Below are positions 1-10,114 of a stretch of 64,000 bases of DNA, piece after piece. This DNA is from Desulfosoma sp. GTDB taxonomy: Bacteria; Desulfobacterota; Syntrophobacteria; Syntrophobacterales; DSM-9756. Under the pieces are notes generated by a model. That model did no database searches. It saw only the letters and a program-made list of their open reading frames with translations, and had not been told where the DNA came from. Numbering within the stretch: the first letter of the stretch is position 1; each line of letters starts with the position of its first letter. The translations under genes and the position numbers were made by a program. The stretch lies in NCBI GenBank assembly GCA_037481835.1, contig JBBFKW010000004.1, positions 78,569-142,568 on the forward strand, in the 5' to 3' direction.

Positions 1-1157
1 ATGGCGATGGTCTCCGCCCCCGGATAGTAGCTCGCATGGTGCCCCGGGTGCAGATAGACCTTCTCGCACGCGTACGGGTCATCCCACAGCCCCAGCGCCT
101 TCAGCGTCTTTTCGCTGGGTCCCGTCATGGCCAACACCTGGTCAAAAAGCCCCACGACGGCCGTCCCTTGGACCCCTCGAAAGCGCGCATCTCGGCCACA
201 AATGACGTCGGCGGCGATTCGGCCCTGTCGGTTCGCCGGCCCGGCCAGAGGCAGGAGGGTCTGGCGCCCCGTGACCACATGAACGACTTCCACAGCGTCT
301 CCCACCGCCCAAATGGACGGGTCGCTGGTCTGCATCCTGTCGTTGACGCGGATGCCTCCGAGCGGGCCCAAGGCGAGGCCGGCATCGCGGGCGAGTTGCA
401 CTTCCGGCCGCACCCCCACGGCCACGATGACCAGTTGGGCCCGGACGCTCTCCCCGGAACGCAGCCCCACCACCACGTCCTGCGCCCCCGCCTCCTGGAT
501 GCGTTTCACCTCGGCCCCCAACCGCACGTCGACCCCTTTTTCGCCAAGGACTTCCTGCAAAGGCCAAACCATTTCGGGATCGCAGAGGGGCATGAGCTGG
601 CGCTGCATTTCAATGAGGGTCACGTGCAGGCCGCGGCGCACCAGGTTTTCCGTCATCTCGATGCCGATATATCCCCCGCCGACCACCACTGCATTGCGGG
701 CTTTTCTCTCTTCGATCATGCTCCGGATGGCTCGACTGTCTGGAATGGTGCGCACAAAGAAAACACCCGGAAGATCCAGTCCTTCGATGGGGGGCCGCAC
801 CGGGGAAGCCCCCGGCGACAGGACCAAAGCGTCGTAGGATTCCTCATAGTCCCGGCTGGTTTGATGGTCCCGAACCAGGATCCGGCGACCATCCCGATCG
901 ATGCCCATGACTTCCGAATGCAGGCGCACTTCGATATTGAACCGCTGTCGAAACATCTCCGGTGTGGCCACAAGGAGATGCTCTTCCCTGCGAATCACAT
1001 CCCCCACGTAATAGGGCAGACCGCAATTGGCAAAGGAGACGAAAGGCCCCCTCTCGAAGATGATAATTTCAACGTGTTCGTCCAATCGGCGGGCCCGTGC
1101 CGCACAGGAGGCCCCGCCGGCCACCCCGCCGACGATGCACAAGCGCTTCCCTTTCAT
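1..1157 (-). CDS. CoA-disulfide reductase / NADH oxidase-family FAD-dependent oxidoreductase (3' end runs off the window)
   Basis: Not in the ORF track. Manual translation from ATG 1157: MKGKRLCIVGGVAGGASCAARARR...SFANCGLPYY; near the window edge ...HHASYYPGA. Contains the FAD-binding Gly motif and the SFxNC redox Cys; GGAGG RBS upstream. Confidence 0.88.
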   Translation of the reverse strand, partial: MKGKRLCIVGGVAGGASCAARARRLDEHVEIIIFERGPFVSFANCGLPYYVGDVIRREEHLLVATPEMFRQRFNIEVRLHSEVMGIDRDGRRILVRDHQTSRDYEESYDALVLSPGASPVRPPIEGLDLPGVFFVRTIPDSRAIRSMIEERKARNAVVVGGGYIGIEMTENLVRRGLHVTLIEMQRQLMPLCDPEMVWPLQEVLGEKGVDVRLGAEVKRIQEAGAQDVVVGLRSGESVRAQLVIVAVGVRPEVQLARDAGLALGPLGGIRVNDRMQTSDPSIWAVGDAVEVVHVVTGRQTLLPLAGPANRQGRIAADVICGRDARFRGVQGTAVVGLFDQVLAMTGPSEKTLKALGLWDDPYACEKVYLHPGHHASYYPGAETIA

Positions 1158-1267
1158 AGACCGTCATCCTCCGTGATTTGAAAACGAACGGTTGGCCTTG
1201 GCATTTCTCCCCAACAACACTACAATCCCTCGCCAAAGTGCGCAAAAGAAAAGGCCGGTTTCCCGAG

Positions 1268-3097
1268 ATGGGGCGGCGGGGGATGACGCCATTGCAGCGG
1301 CACCGAAAAAGACGGTTTTTGCCCACACTCCTGGCGATGTCGGCCTTTTTGTTTCTCTTTCTTCACCATGGTTCCCGTGCCGCCTTCGCCCAACCTGTCC
1401 GCTACGAGGTGCGTTTCGACGACACCGTGGATGGGCGCTGGCGTGGGCCGCTCAGGGCGCTTTCCGACACTGCGGCCCTGGCGGCGAACGGAGCGGTTTC
1501 CTTGGCGCAGCTCAAACGCCGCGCCGAAAAGGATCAAGACCTTTTCCGCACCTATCTGCGGTCTCGAGGGCACTACGCGGGCACGGTGTCCTATCGCATC
1601 GACGAAAAGGCCGATCCCGTCGCCGTGATCTTTACGGTGGATCCCGGCCCCCTTTATCTCCTGGAAGAAGCTGAAATCGAGACGCCGGGCGTGGAGCCGG
1701 ACATTTTTCAGAAACTCGCCGAGGCCGTCCAGACCCTCCTTCCCGAAGGTTCCGCAGCCCTCGCCGAGCGGATTGTGCAAACCGACAAAGAGATTCTGGA
1801 GCTCCTCAGTCAGAACGGGTACCCCTTGGCGCGCATCGAGCAACGAAGAGTCATCGTCAATCACGACACCCGACGTGTCCTGACCCGGTATGCCGTGGCC
1901 CCTGGCGCGAAAAGCTTTTTCGGACCTGTAAGAATTCAGGGGCTTGAATCCGTCCGCGAAGAATCGGTCCGTCCTCGCATCCCTTGGAAGGAAGGAGACG
2001 TTTTCGATTCCCGGATGCTACAAAAGGCCCAGAACAATCTCATCCAAACGGAGCTTTTTTCGGTGGTTCGATTGGCCCATGCGCCGTCGGCGGATCCTGA
2101 GGGACGCCTTCCTGTGGACATAACGGTTGTGGAGAGAAAGCCCCGGACCTTCAAAGGAGGCCTTTTCTACGCCACGGACGTGGGCCCCGAACTCAATGTG
2201 TCCTGGGAAAACAGAAACCTTTCCGGGGGAAGGGCCAAGGTGGGGGCGGATTCTTGGCTTTCTTCCGAAAAAAAGATTTTGAAAGGCATTTATCTGTGGC
2301 GGGATTTCCTTCGCACGGACCAGTTCATCCAGGTGGACGGCAGATTGGCCGAAGAGGACTGGGACGCTTACTGGTCGCGCAATGTGGGCGCCGCAGTTGC
2401 CGTCAACCGGCAAATCAGCCCCTCCGTCAGAGCCGGGCTGGGATCCGGCTTTCGCCTTTCCAGTGTGGAACAGCGATCGGATCGGGAAACGTATGGTCTG
2501 GTCTTTCTCCCAGCCGTGTTCCATGCGGACACCACCGATAACCCTCTGGACCCGATGAAAGGGTTTCGCCTTAAGGTGCAAACCGCACCCTATTGGGATT
2601 TTACGGATACCTCCCTTTTTTTCTGGAAGAGTTCAACGGCCTTGAGCGCGTATTATGATTGGGCGGGTGACGGCCGATTCATCCTTGCCGGAATCCTGGG
2701 CGGCGGATCCATCGCCGGTGCGGCCTGGGAAGCGGTGCCGGCGGATGAGCGTTTTTACGTGGGGGGTGGCGGCAGCGTCCGCGGCTACGATTATCAAAGT
2801 CTCGGGCCTCGAAAGGAGGGCACGCCCCTGGGCGGCCGGTCCTACTTGTCCTGGAACGGCGAGCTGCGCTGGCGGTTTCGGGAACGCTTCGGCGTTGTGG
2901 GGTTTTTGGACGGGGGCACGGCCTACGAAGCCACCTTCCCCGATTTCAAACGCAGTTTTCGATGGGGCACAGGGTTGGGATTCCGCTACTATTCGCCGCT
3001 GGGCCCCTTCCGGATCGACGTGGCTTTCCCCTTAAACCGCCGAGCGGGCATTGACGATCCCTTTCAAATCTATGTAAGTTTGGGGCAAGCCTTTTAA
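1268..3097 (+). CDS. tamA: TamA/BamA-family Omp85 outer-membrane protein
   Basis: Signal peptide, POTRA-like region, RFYVGGGGSVRGY motif, C-terminal YVSLGQAF; upstream of tamB. Start uncertain (1268 or 1283). Confidence 0.88.
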   Translation: MGRRGMTPLQRHRKRRFLPTLLAMSAFLFLFLHHGSRAAFAQPVRYEVRFDDTVDGRWRGPLRALSDTAALAANGAVSLAQLKRRAEKDQDLFRTYLRSRGHYAGTVSYRIDEKADPVAVIFTVDPGPLYLLEEAEIETPGVEPDIFQKLAEAVQTLLPEGSAALAERIVQTDKEILELLSQNGYPLARIEQRRVIVNHDTRRVLTRYAVAPGAKSFFGPVRIQGLESVREESVRPRIPWKEGDVFDSRMLQKAQNNLIQTELFSVVRLAHAPSADPEGRLPVDITVVERKPRTFKGGLFYATDVGPELNVSWENRNLSGGRAKVGADSWLSSEKKILKGIYLWRDFLRTDQFIQVDGRLAEEDWDAYWSRNVGAAVAVNRQISPSVRAGLGSGFRLSSVEQRSDRETYGLVFLPAVFHADTTDNPLDPMKGFRLKVQTAPYWDFTDTSLFFWKSSTALSAYYDWAGDGRFILAGILGGGSIAGAAWEAVPADERFYVGGGGSVRGYDYQSLGPRKEGTPLGGRSYLSWNGELRWRFRERFGVVGFLDGGTAYEATFPDFKRSFRWGTGLGFRYYSPLGPFRIDVAFPLNRRAGIDDPFQIYVSLGQAF

Positions 3098-3121
3098 AAC
3101 CCTCTTCGGCTGGAGGCAAGG

Positions 3122-3661
3122 ATGCGCAAGCGAACGACGCTTTTCTTCTTGGCCTGGGCCTTGACCCTGTGTGCCCCCGCCGCGTGGGCCGCGGAAAAAC
3201 TGGAATTCGGGATCGGGGTGCGCTCGGGCTTTTCAGCCGTCAAGAAACAGGAGACGTTCCATATCCATGAGTTGATCGCCTACCACACGCTGCCGTGGGA
3301 TTGGCAATGGAACGGCGGCTGGGTTCTGGACACCTTTTGGGAAATCCATTTCGGGCTTTTGAGCGCGGCGGGCGAGGACCGCGTCTTGTTGTCCACAGGT
3401 CCCATGGTCACTCTGCAAACCCCTTGGAAATGGCTGTCCTTTATGGCCGCCGTGAGGCCGGCGTTTTTGGAAGATCACCTTTTCGGCAAGGAAAACCTCG
3501 GCGGTGAGATCCAATTTACGGAAGAAATCGGCCTCAACGTGGCCCTCAGCCGATACATTTCCATAGGGTATCGATTCCAGCACCTCTCCAACGCCAATCT
3601 TTACCAAAACAACCCCGGGCTGGACTTCCACGTCTTGGAAGTGCGGTGCCTCCTCCCCTGA
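3122..3661 (+). CDS. pagL: PagL-family acyloxyacyl hydrolase (lipid A 3-O-deacylase)
   Basis: Signal peptide; C-terminal YRFQHLSNANLYQNNPGLD matches the PagL H-x-S-N...NPG catalytic motif; 179 aa beta-barrel size. Confidence 0.8.
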   Translation: MRKRTTLFFLAWALTLCAPAAWAAEKLEFGIGVRSGFSAVKKQETFHIHELIAYHTLPWDWQWNGGWVLDTFWEIHFGLLSAAGEDRVLLSTGPMVTLQTPWKWLSFMAAVRPAFLEDHLFGKENLGGEIQFTEEIGLNVALSRYISIGYRFQHLSNANLYQNNPGLDFHVLEVRCLLP

Positions 3662-3689
3662 TCGTGCGTGCGCACGGGTTTGAAAGACA

Positions 3690-6600
3690 ATGAAGCGGGC
3701 CCTTCGCGCGATGGCGGCTCTCGGCGGCGTTATCATCCTGATTGCCGCCGCGGCGTTCGGGGCCGCCCAGAGTCCCGCGGCCAAGCGGTTTTTCGCACGG
3801 GAATTGTCCAAGAGGCTTTCAGGCCCTGATCGAACGGTTGTCATCGGCACTCTAAGCGGGTGGATTCCCTTTGAACTGGGCGTGAGCGATCTGGAAATCC
3901 TCGATGCGCACGGACCGTGGCTCACCGTGCGCGACGTTTTCGTGCAGTGGCGCCCCACGGCCCTTCTTCGAGGGCGCATCCAAGGGGACCTCGTCACCGC
4001 CCGCGACGTTCATCTCGCCCGCCTTCCGTCTGCCGGCCGGGACCGCGAAGCTGTTGCCGATGAGAGCCCGGAGCAGGCCTTGCCCAACCTTCCCATGCCC
4101 ATCGTCTTGGAGCGATTCCTCCTGCACCAGGTGGTTGTGGACGCTCCGGTGACAGGGGTGCCTTTAACGGCCGCCCTTGAAGGTTCCATTGCCTTTCGGG
4201 AAAAGGATCGGGCCCAGGACGCCGTAATCAAAATGGTGGCACGCCATGCCCAGCGCGAAACGCTTCTCACCGCCCAGGCGACCTTGGCCCCGGAACAACC
4301 CCGTCTGCAAGTCCGGCTCACCCTTTCCGAACAAGAAAACGGATGGCTGGCGTCTCGCCTCGCCTTGAAAAATTTCGGAACCCTCCAAGGAAAACTCCAT
4401 GCCCGCCTGGATACCTCCCAGGACCCTTCGGGCACTCTGTGGATTGACGAACTGGAGTTCAAAGGTCGGGATGCGATAATGACGGCTCAGGGAGGCTTTC
4501 ATCCGAAAAGCCGGTCCTTGAAGCCCACTTCCTACCGGCTGGCAATCGACGACCTGAGCCTGCTCGGCGTGCTGACGAACGTCCCGCTGCGGGGCAAGGG
4601 AACCGCGGAAGGCACGGTGGAAGGTTCCTCAGCCGGCCTGCAAGGGGTCCTCGACCTTCGGGCGGATCAAGTGGAAACCCCATCCTGGAAGCTGCCCCAT
4701 GCGGAATCGCGCCTGAAATGGGCTCTGAAGCCGAACTCATCTTCCCCTTACCCCGAGGCCTCCGTCGATCTTCATGGGACGACTTCTTTTGTCCCCCTCA
4801 CAGGGAGCTCCCCACCCGCCCTGGAGGATCTCTCTCTGGAATTGACCGCCGCCCTTTCCGCCAGCGGAGGCCTGGACATCCAAAGGCTTCGGGTTTCTTC
4901 GCCCCATTTGGGTGAAACGGCCATGAACGGGCGCCTGCACCTTCGACGGCGCACAGCGGAAGGCCGAATCGCGCTCGATCTTTTTGATCTCTTCCCGCTG
5001 TCCACTCTCACCCCCAGGCCCCTGAAAGGAGATCTTCGCGGCGACGCCGCTTTTTCCGGCTCCTGGGACAACATGACCGTTCAGTCGACCCTCCACGGCA
5101 CAAGTTTCGCCTTCGGCCAAGCCCAGTGGACGGACTGGTCTCTGGACGTGCACACCTCAGGGCTGCCCCAAAACCCCACAGGGCGGATCACGTCCCGAGC
5201 CGTCTACAACGGCGGTCCCTGGCAGCTCGCTTTGAATTTCGCCAAAGAGGGTCCCTGGGTGCACGTGCAAAATCTATCTTTTCGATGCCAAGACGCCTCC
5301 GTGGAAGGATCACTGCGAGCCCACCTGGAAACCGCCTTGGCCGCTGGGTCCCTTCGCGTGTCTGTACCCAGGTTGGAAATCCTCTCCCCCTTTGTCCACA
5401 AAGACATCCGAGGTTCTCTCAAGGGCGCCCTGGAGCTTGAAGGTGAGGACGTCCAACAACAGCTCCGGGGGAACTTTACCGTCCGATCGGCGGCCTTCGA
5501 CGGCATTGGGATCGATCAGCTCCATCTCTTGGCGGAGTTGGAGGCCCTATCCCCGTCACCCCGCGGCACGGTGACGCTTGAGGTACGCAACCTGCAAAAA
5601 CCGCCGTGGACCGTGAGCGCCGGACAGGCGACAGCGAAGGGAGGCCCGGACGGGTTGACCTTTTCGTCGCGCGTCGAAGGAATGCTCAAACATCCCTTTT
5701 CCCTGAACGCTGCCGGGACAGCCCGTCTCGATACCGACAAGAAGGAACTGACCCTCACGGCCCTTTCCGGGACAAGCGGCCCGGCCCTCGTGGCCTTGGA
5801 AGGCCCTGCGCACCTTGAGCTCCATGAACGGGGCCTGGAAACATCCCTTATCCGAGTGCGCGTGGGGGAGGGTCGGGTTGACGGCCGCATTCAGTGGGTG
5901 GGGGAAAATCCCATGGCTTCGCTTGAAGTCCAAGAATTTCCCCTGGATCTTGTGCACCACTTCGGCGGGCCCGCCATGGAAGGACACCTCAACGCCAAAG
6001 GGATGCTGCGCCGGGTCCGGGGATCCCCGCAGGCGGAATTGAGCATTAGAGTCGGCGCCCTGCGAAGTCCCGCATGGTCGGCCGGGGAAGCCCTGTCCCT
6101 GAACGGTACGGCACGGGCCGATGGCGAAACGCTTCGTGTGGGCATGGAAGTGGACGGTTTGGGGCCCCAGCCGACCGTTGCGAACCTTTCCGTTCCCATC
6201 CGATTTCGAACCGATCCCTTGGATCTCGCCGTACTGCGAGAAAAACCCATGACGGGGGGAGCTTCCCTCGCCGTCTCGTTGGAGCGCGTGGGAACGCTTC
6301 TTGACGTGCAGCCCCACAAGATTCAAGGCCTGCTTGCGGGCCGGCTCGCCTTTTCCGGAACGTTCGACCGCCCGCTCCTCGACGGCGACCTCCGGCTGGA
6401 CAAGGGCCGCTACGAGCACGAAGACCTTGGAATTCTGCTTCAAGACATTTCGGCCGTTATGGACGGCAACGGCGAAATTTTGAACCTTCGGCAGTTCAAG
6501 GCGTCGGACGGCAAGAAAGGAACGATTCAAGGCATGGGAGAAATCCGCCTGGATCCCGGGGCTCGTTTTCCGTACCAGGCCACCTTGACCTTGGACGACC

Positions 6601-7550
6601 TTTCCCCTCTCCATCGGGATGACATCTCGGGAAACCTTAACGGAACACTCTCCCTCAGTGGCAGGGCCGAAGAGACGTCCATCAAGGGCTCCCTGAGGGT
6701 GCGCCCTCTTCGCCTCCGGCTTCCCGAACGTCTTCCCCCGGACGTGGTGAAATTAGACGTGGAAGAAATCGGCCAAGGGGCTCCGCCGGCCGGCCGCACA
6801 AGTCCCGGCGCGGCTCCGCGCGTCCCTCACCGGGTCCTTTTGGATATCGCCGTGGATTTTCCGGCCATGACCACCCTTTCGGGCTGGGGCTTGGAATCGG
6901 AATGGAAGGGGGCGCTCACGATTTCCGGCGAAGCCCCGAAACCTGTGGTGACGGGCGGCCTGCAGCTCCTTCGGGGACATCTGCTTTTTCTCAACAAGCG
7001 CTTTCGCCTCGCCCAGGGCGAGGTCTCCTTTTACGGGGACGTTCCACCCGACCCCGTCGTGAACGTCCTCGGGGAAACGGAACTTCGGGACATGACGGCT
7101 CAGGTGCGCCTCTCCGGTCGTGCCTCCAAACTCCAGCTGACCGTAGGATCCCGGCCCGAGCGACCCCAGGATGAGGTCCTGGCCCAGACCCTTTTCGGTC
7201 GGAGCGCCACCACCCTCAGCCCCTTCCAGGCTCTCCGGCTGGCTTCCGTCCTTCAGGCCCTTGCTTCGGGATCGGGCGGGGGTTCGACCTTCGACGTTTT
7301 GGGCAAAACCCGTGACCTTTTGGGCTTGGAACAACTGGAATTCCTTGGAACAGGTGTCGGCGAAGGTCTTCAGGTGGGCCTCGGCAAATACCTGGGCGAA
7401 AACGTTCGGGTCGACGTCAACCAGCGGCTCGAACAAGGCGATGTGTCTCTAAGGATCGAGGTGGAAGTCACCCCAAATATCACCCTGGAAACGCAGGCCG
7501 GCACCCAATCGCGCACCGGCGCCGGAGTTTTTTGGAAATACGACTACTGA
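3690..7550 (+). CDS. tamB: Translocation/assembly module TamB
   Basis: 1286 aa, N-terminal anchor, beta-rich body, C-terminal GKYL...GVFWKYDY typical of TamB. Confidence 0.88.
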   Translation: MKRALRAMAALGGVIILIAAAAFGAAQSPAAKRFFARELSKRLSGPDRTVVIGTLSGWIPFELGVSDLEILDAHGPWLTVRDVFVQWRPTALLRGRIQGDLVTARDVHLARLPSAGRDREAVADESPEQALPNLPMPIVLERFLLHQVVVDAPVTGVPLTAALEGSIAFREKDRAQDAVIKMVARHAQRETLLTAQATLAPEQPRLQVRLTLSEQENGWLASRLALKNFGTLQGKLHARLDTSQDPSGTLWIDELEFKGRDAIMTAQGGFHPKSRSLKPTSYRLAIDDLSLLGVLTNVPLRGKGTAEGTVEGSSAGLQGVLDLRADQVETPSWKLPHAESRLKWALKPNSSSPYPEASVDLHGTTSFVPLTGSSPPALEDLSLELTAALSASGGLDIQRLRVSSPHLGETAMNGRLHLRRRTAEGRIALDLFDLFPLSTLTPRPLKGDLRGDAAFSGSWDNMTVQSTLHGTSFAFGQAQWTDWSLDVHTSGLPQNPTGRITSRAVYNGGPWQLALNFAKEGPWVHVQNLSFRCQDASVEGSLRAHLETALAAGSLRVSVPRLEILSPFVHKDIRGSLKGALELEGEDVQQQLRGNFTVRSAAFDGIGIDQLHLLAELEALSPSPRGTVTLEVRNLQKPPWTVSAGQATAKGGPDGLTFSSRVEGMLKHPFSLNAAGTARLDTDKKELTLTALSGTSGPALVALEGPAHLELHERGLETSLIRVRVGEGRVDGRIQWVGENPMASLEVQEFPLDLVHHFGGPAMEGHLNAKGMLRRVRGSPQAELSIRVGALRSPAWSAGEALSLNGTARADGETLRVGMEVDGLGPQPTVANLSVPIRFRTDPLDLAVLREKPMTGGASLAVSLERVGTLLDVQPHKIQGLLAGRLAFSGTFDRPLLDGDLRLDKGRYEHEDLGILLQDISAVMDGNGEILNLRQFKASDGKKGTIQGMGEIRLDPGARFPYQATLTLDDLSPLHRDDISGNLNGTLSLSGRAEETSIKGSLRVRPLRLRLPERLPPDVVKLDVEEIGQGAPPAGRTSPGAAPRVPHRVLLDIAVDFPAMTTLSGWGLESEWKGALTISGEAPKPVVTGGLQLLRGHLLFLNKRFRLAQGEVSFYGDVPPDPVVNVLGETELRDMTAQVRLSGRASKLQLTVGSRPERPQDEVLAQTLFGRSATTLSPFQALRLASVLQALASGSGGGSTFDVLGKTRDLLGLEQLEFLGTGVGEGLQVGLGKYLGENVRVDVNQRLEQGDVSLRIEVEVTPNITLETQAGTQSRTGAGVFWKYDY

Positions 7551-7551
7551 T

Positions 7552-7734
7552 TCAACGCCCGTCGCGGCCTTTGCGTTCAGCCCAGGGTTTGCCGCAATGC
7601 GGGCAAGGGCGGTCTTCGGCCCATCCTTCAGGAAGCACGGCGCCACAGGCGCGGCAGCTCTCCCGTCTCTTGGGCTTCGACGGTTTCTTTCCGGGCCGTA
7701 AAAGCATCATCAGGCTTGCCAATAATCCGCCCAT
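7552..7734 (-). CDS. Small putative zinc-ribbon protein (60 aa)
   Basis: CRAC...CPHCG; exactly fills the gap between the antiporter stop (7738) and the tamB stop (7550). Confidence 0.5.
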   Translation of the reverse strand: MGGLLASLMMLLRPGKKPSKPKRRESCRACGAVLPEGWAEDRPCPHCGKPWAERKGRDGR

Positions 7735-7737
7735 CCA

Positions 7738-9744
7738 TCACCCTTTCGCCACGGAAGTGGGGGACGTGAGAAGGGGGTGGAGCTTCGTGAGGTCCTGCGT
7801 CCGCCCCAAGAGAATGACAACGTCCCCGGGCTTCAGGAGCATGTCCGGACCCGGATTGGGGCTCCATCCGTCTTCGCGCCGCACGGCCAAAACGGTCACC
7901 CCCCAGTTTTTCCTAAGGCCCAGCTCACCGATGTTTTTTCCCGCCAGGAGCGAACCCGGCGTCACACGCGTGGAACGCACCTCCATATCGGGGAGATCGC
8001 TCAGGATGTCGCACCACTGGATTGCCGGCAGCTGCCCCCCTTCCACCGACTGATACCCGTCGATCCGCACACGGGCGATGAGGGCCTCGATTTCTTCCCG
8101 GGGCACCAAATACTTGGTCAAGACCCGTGCGAAAATTTCGATGGATGTCTCCAATTCTTCCGGAATGACCTCGTTGGCACCCAGGGCCGTGAGCTTCTTG
8201 ACTTCGGACAAGAACCGGGTGCGCACGATGAGATACACCGCCGGGGCGGCGGCCCTCACAGCGGCCGTGATCCGCCGCACCATGGCGGGATCGGCCAAGG
8301 ACACGCACACGACCTTGGCGTCTTTGACGGACACATGTTCCAGAAGGGTCCCTTCCGAAGCATCGCCGAAGACGATGGGTTCCCCCTTTTTCTTTTCCTG
8401 CCGGACCGTCGCCGGGTTCATTTCCACAACGGCGTAAGGGATGCCGGCGGATTTGGCCGCTCGAGCGAGATTCCGCCCCACAGGACCGTAGCCCACGATG
8501 ACCAGATGGTTGGACAACGGCGGCAGGGTCTGGTCCTCTTTTTTCAACGACGGTGAGGAAAATCCCAAAAGAATCTTTTGAGGCAGAGGCCATCGGGAGG
8601 CTCCTTCGGCTGCTCGAGGGGCCACCGCGATGAGAAACGGGGTCATCATCATCGTCAAGGTGGACACGGCAAGGAAGAGGGGGACGTGATCCCCCACAAG
8701 GATTCCGTGGCCGATGCACACTGTGCACAAGACAAAGGAAAATTCCCCCACCTGAGCCAGGATCAGCCCGGTGTGCACCGCCATGCGCAGCGGGTAGCCC
8801 AGCGCGAGGACGACCAGGAGGCAGACGACGGCTTTGAGCCCAACGGCGAGGACGGAGAGCGACAGGACGGTCGCCAAGTGATGGACGACGAAGGAAAGGT
8901 TCAAGGTCATGCCCACGGAGACGAAAAACAAGCTGGTAAAGAGGTCTTTAAAGGGAAGCATTTGCGCCAGGGTCTGGTGGCTGTATTCGGACTCGGAAAG
9001 AACCAGGCCCGCAAGAAAAGCGCCCAACGACAAGGACAGCCCGGCGAACGACGTGATCCAGGCCACCCCGAAACAGAAAACCACCGCCGTCAGGAGAAAC
9101 ACCTCCCGACTGCGCGTCGCCGCCACGATGTGGAGCACCCGGGGAAGGACGTAGCGCTGGGTCAAGAAGACGACGAGGAAAATCCCCGCGGACTTAAGGG
9201 CGAGAATGCCCACGGCGCGGGAGAGGCTCTCGCCTGAGCCGCCCAACAGCGGGATGAGGAGCATCATAGGAACGACGGCCACGTCCTGGAACAAGAGGAT
9301 GCCAAGGCACATTTGCCCGTGAGGGCTTTCCAGTTCCATGCGGTCCTGAAGGGTCTTCAGTACGATGGCCGTGCTGCTCAACGCCACCATGAAGCCCATG
9401 GGCACGGCGAAGGATGCCCCGCGGAAAGCGAAGGTGGTAAGAGCCCACACGGCCGCCGTGGTGATGAGGACCTGCAAGCCGCCGCCGAGCATAACGATCC
9501 GCCGGATCCGGATAAGTTCTGAAAGGGAGAATTCCAACCCGATGGAAAAAAGAAGGAGCACCACTCCCAGTTCGGCGAGAAAGGAGACGTCCTCGGACGT
9601 CTTGACCAACCCCAACCCATGCGGGCCCGCAAGACACCCGGTGATGAGGAACCCAACGACGGGGGGAATTTTGACCCTATGGCATACCAGGATGACCCCG
9701 ACGGCCAAGGTCAAAACGATGAGCAGGTCAGCCAGCGTGTGCAT
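7738..9744 (-). CDS. CPA2 (KefC-like) cation:proton antiporter with TrkA-N and TrkA-C domains
   Basis: About 12 TM segments, LSSTAIV and GILLFQD motifs, VIVGYGPVG KTN domain; start taken at MHTLADLL. Confidence 0.9.
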   Translation of the reverse strand: MHTLADLLIVLTLAVGVILVCHRVKIPPVVGFLITGCLAGPHGLGLVKTSEDVSFLAELGVVLLLFSIGLEFSLSELIRIRRIVMLGGGLQVLITTAAVWALTTFAFRGASFAVPMGFMVALSSTAIVLKTLQDRMELESPHGQMCLGILLFQDVAVVPMMLLIPLLGGSGESLSRAVGILALKSAGIFLVVFLTQRYVLPRVLHIVAATRSREVFLLTAVVFCFGVAWITSFAGLSLSLGAFLAGLVLSESEYSHQTLAQMLPFKDLFTSLFFVSVGMTLNLSFVVHHLATVLSLSVLAVGLKAVVCLLVVLALGYPLRMAVHTGLILAQVGEFSFVLCTVCIGHGILVGDHVPLFLAVSTLTMMMTPFLIAVAPRAAEGASRWPLPQKILLGFSSPSLKKEDQTLPPLSNHLVIVGYGPVGRNLARAAKSAGIPYAVVEMNPATVRQEKKKGEPIVFGDASEGTLLEHVSVKDAKVVCVSLADPAMVRRITAAVRAAAPAVYLIVRTRFLSEVKKLTALGANEVIPEELETSIEIFARVLTKYLVPREEIEALIARVRIDGYQSVEGGQLPAIQWCDILSDLPDMEVRSTRVTPGSLLAGKNIGELGLRKNWGVTVLAVRREDGWSPNPGPDMLLKPGDVVILLGRTQDLTKLHPLLTSPTSVAKG

Positions 9745-9917
9745 GTTCTTCCTTGGATGTTCGTCTCGACGCGCACGTCTTGAACGACGTGCTCGCCTAT
9801 GACACCAGGATCGGCTGGGCGCGTCAACAAAAATGGGCTCGCTCCTTCCCTTCCACCCCACCCCGTCCCATAGACGCGTGTCCCTGGAAACCCGTGTTCC
9901 AATAAATCCCCAAATCC

Positions 9918-9950
9918 GCAGGTTGGGGTGAGCGCAGCGACCCCCAACAC
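9918..9950 (+). repeat. GTAG-type REP-like palindrome (GCAG variant)
   Basis: GCAGGTTGGGGTGAGCGCAGCGACCCCCAACAC; near-identical to the copies at 39697, 39838 and 47507. Confidence 0.75.
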
Positions 9951-10114
9951 ACTCCCCGAACGCCCCAGTCACCGCAGCGGGCCCCCGAAGCACGAAGCGC
10001 CAACCTGCAAGCGCCTCCGCCTCGACTTTCCCATGCACATGGGGTAAAGAGATCCTCAGCGTCCGAAGGAAGATCCGACGGGAACCGACCGTTTTCGGAA
10101 AGGATGTTCGGCCT

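Noticed and set aside
36..1181. 381-aa + strand ORF
   Set aside because: Antisense to the real CoA-disulfide reductase-like gene on the - strand.
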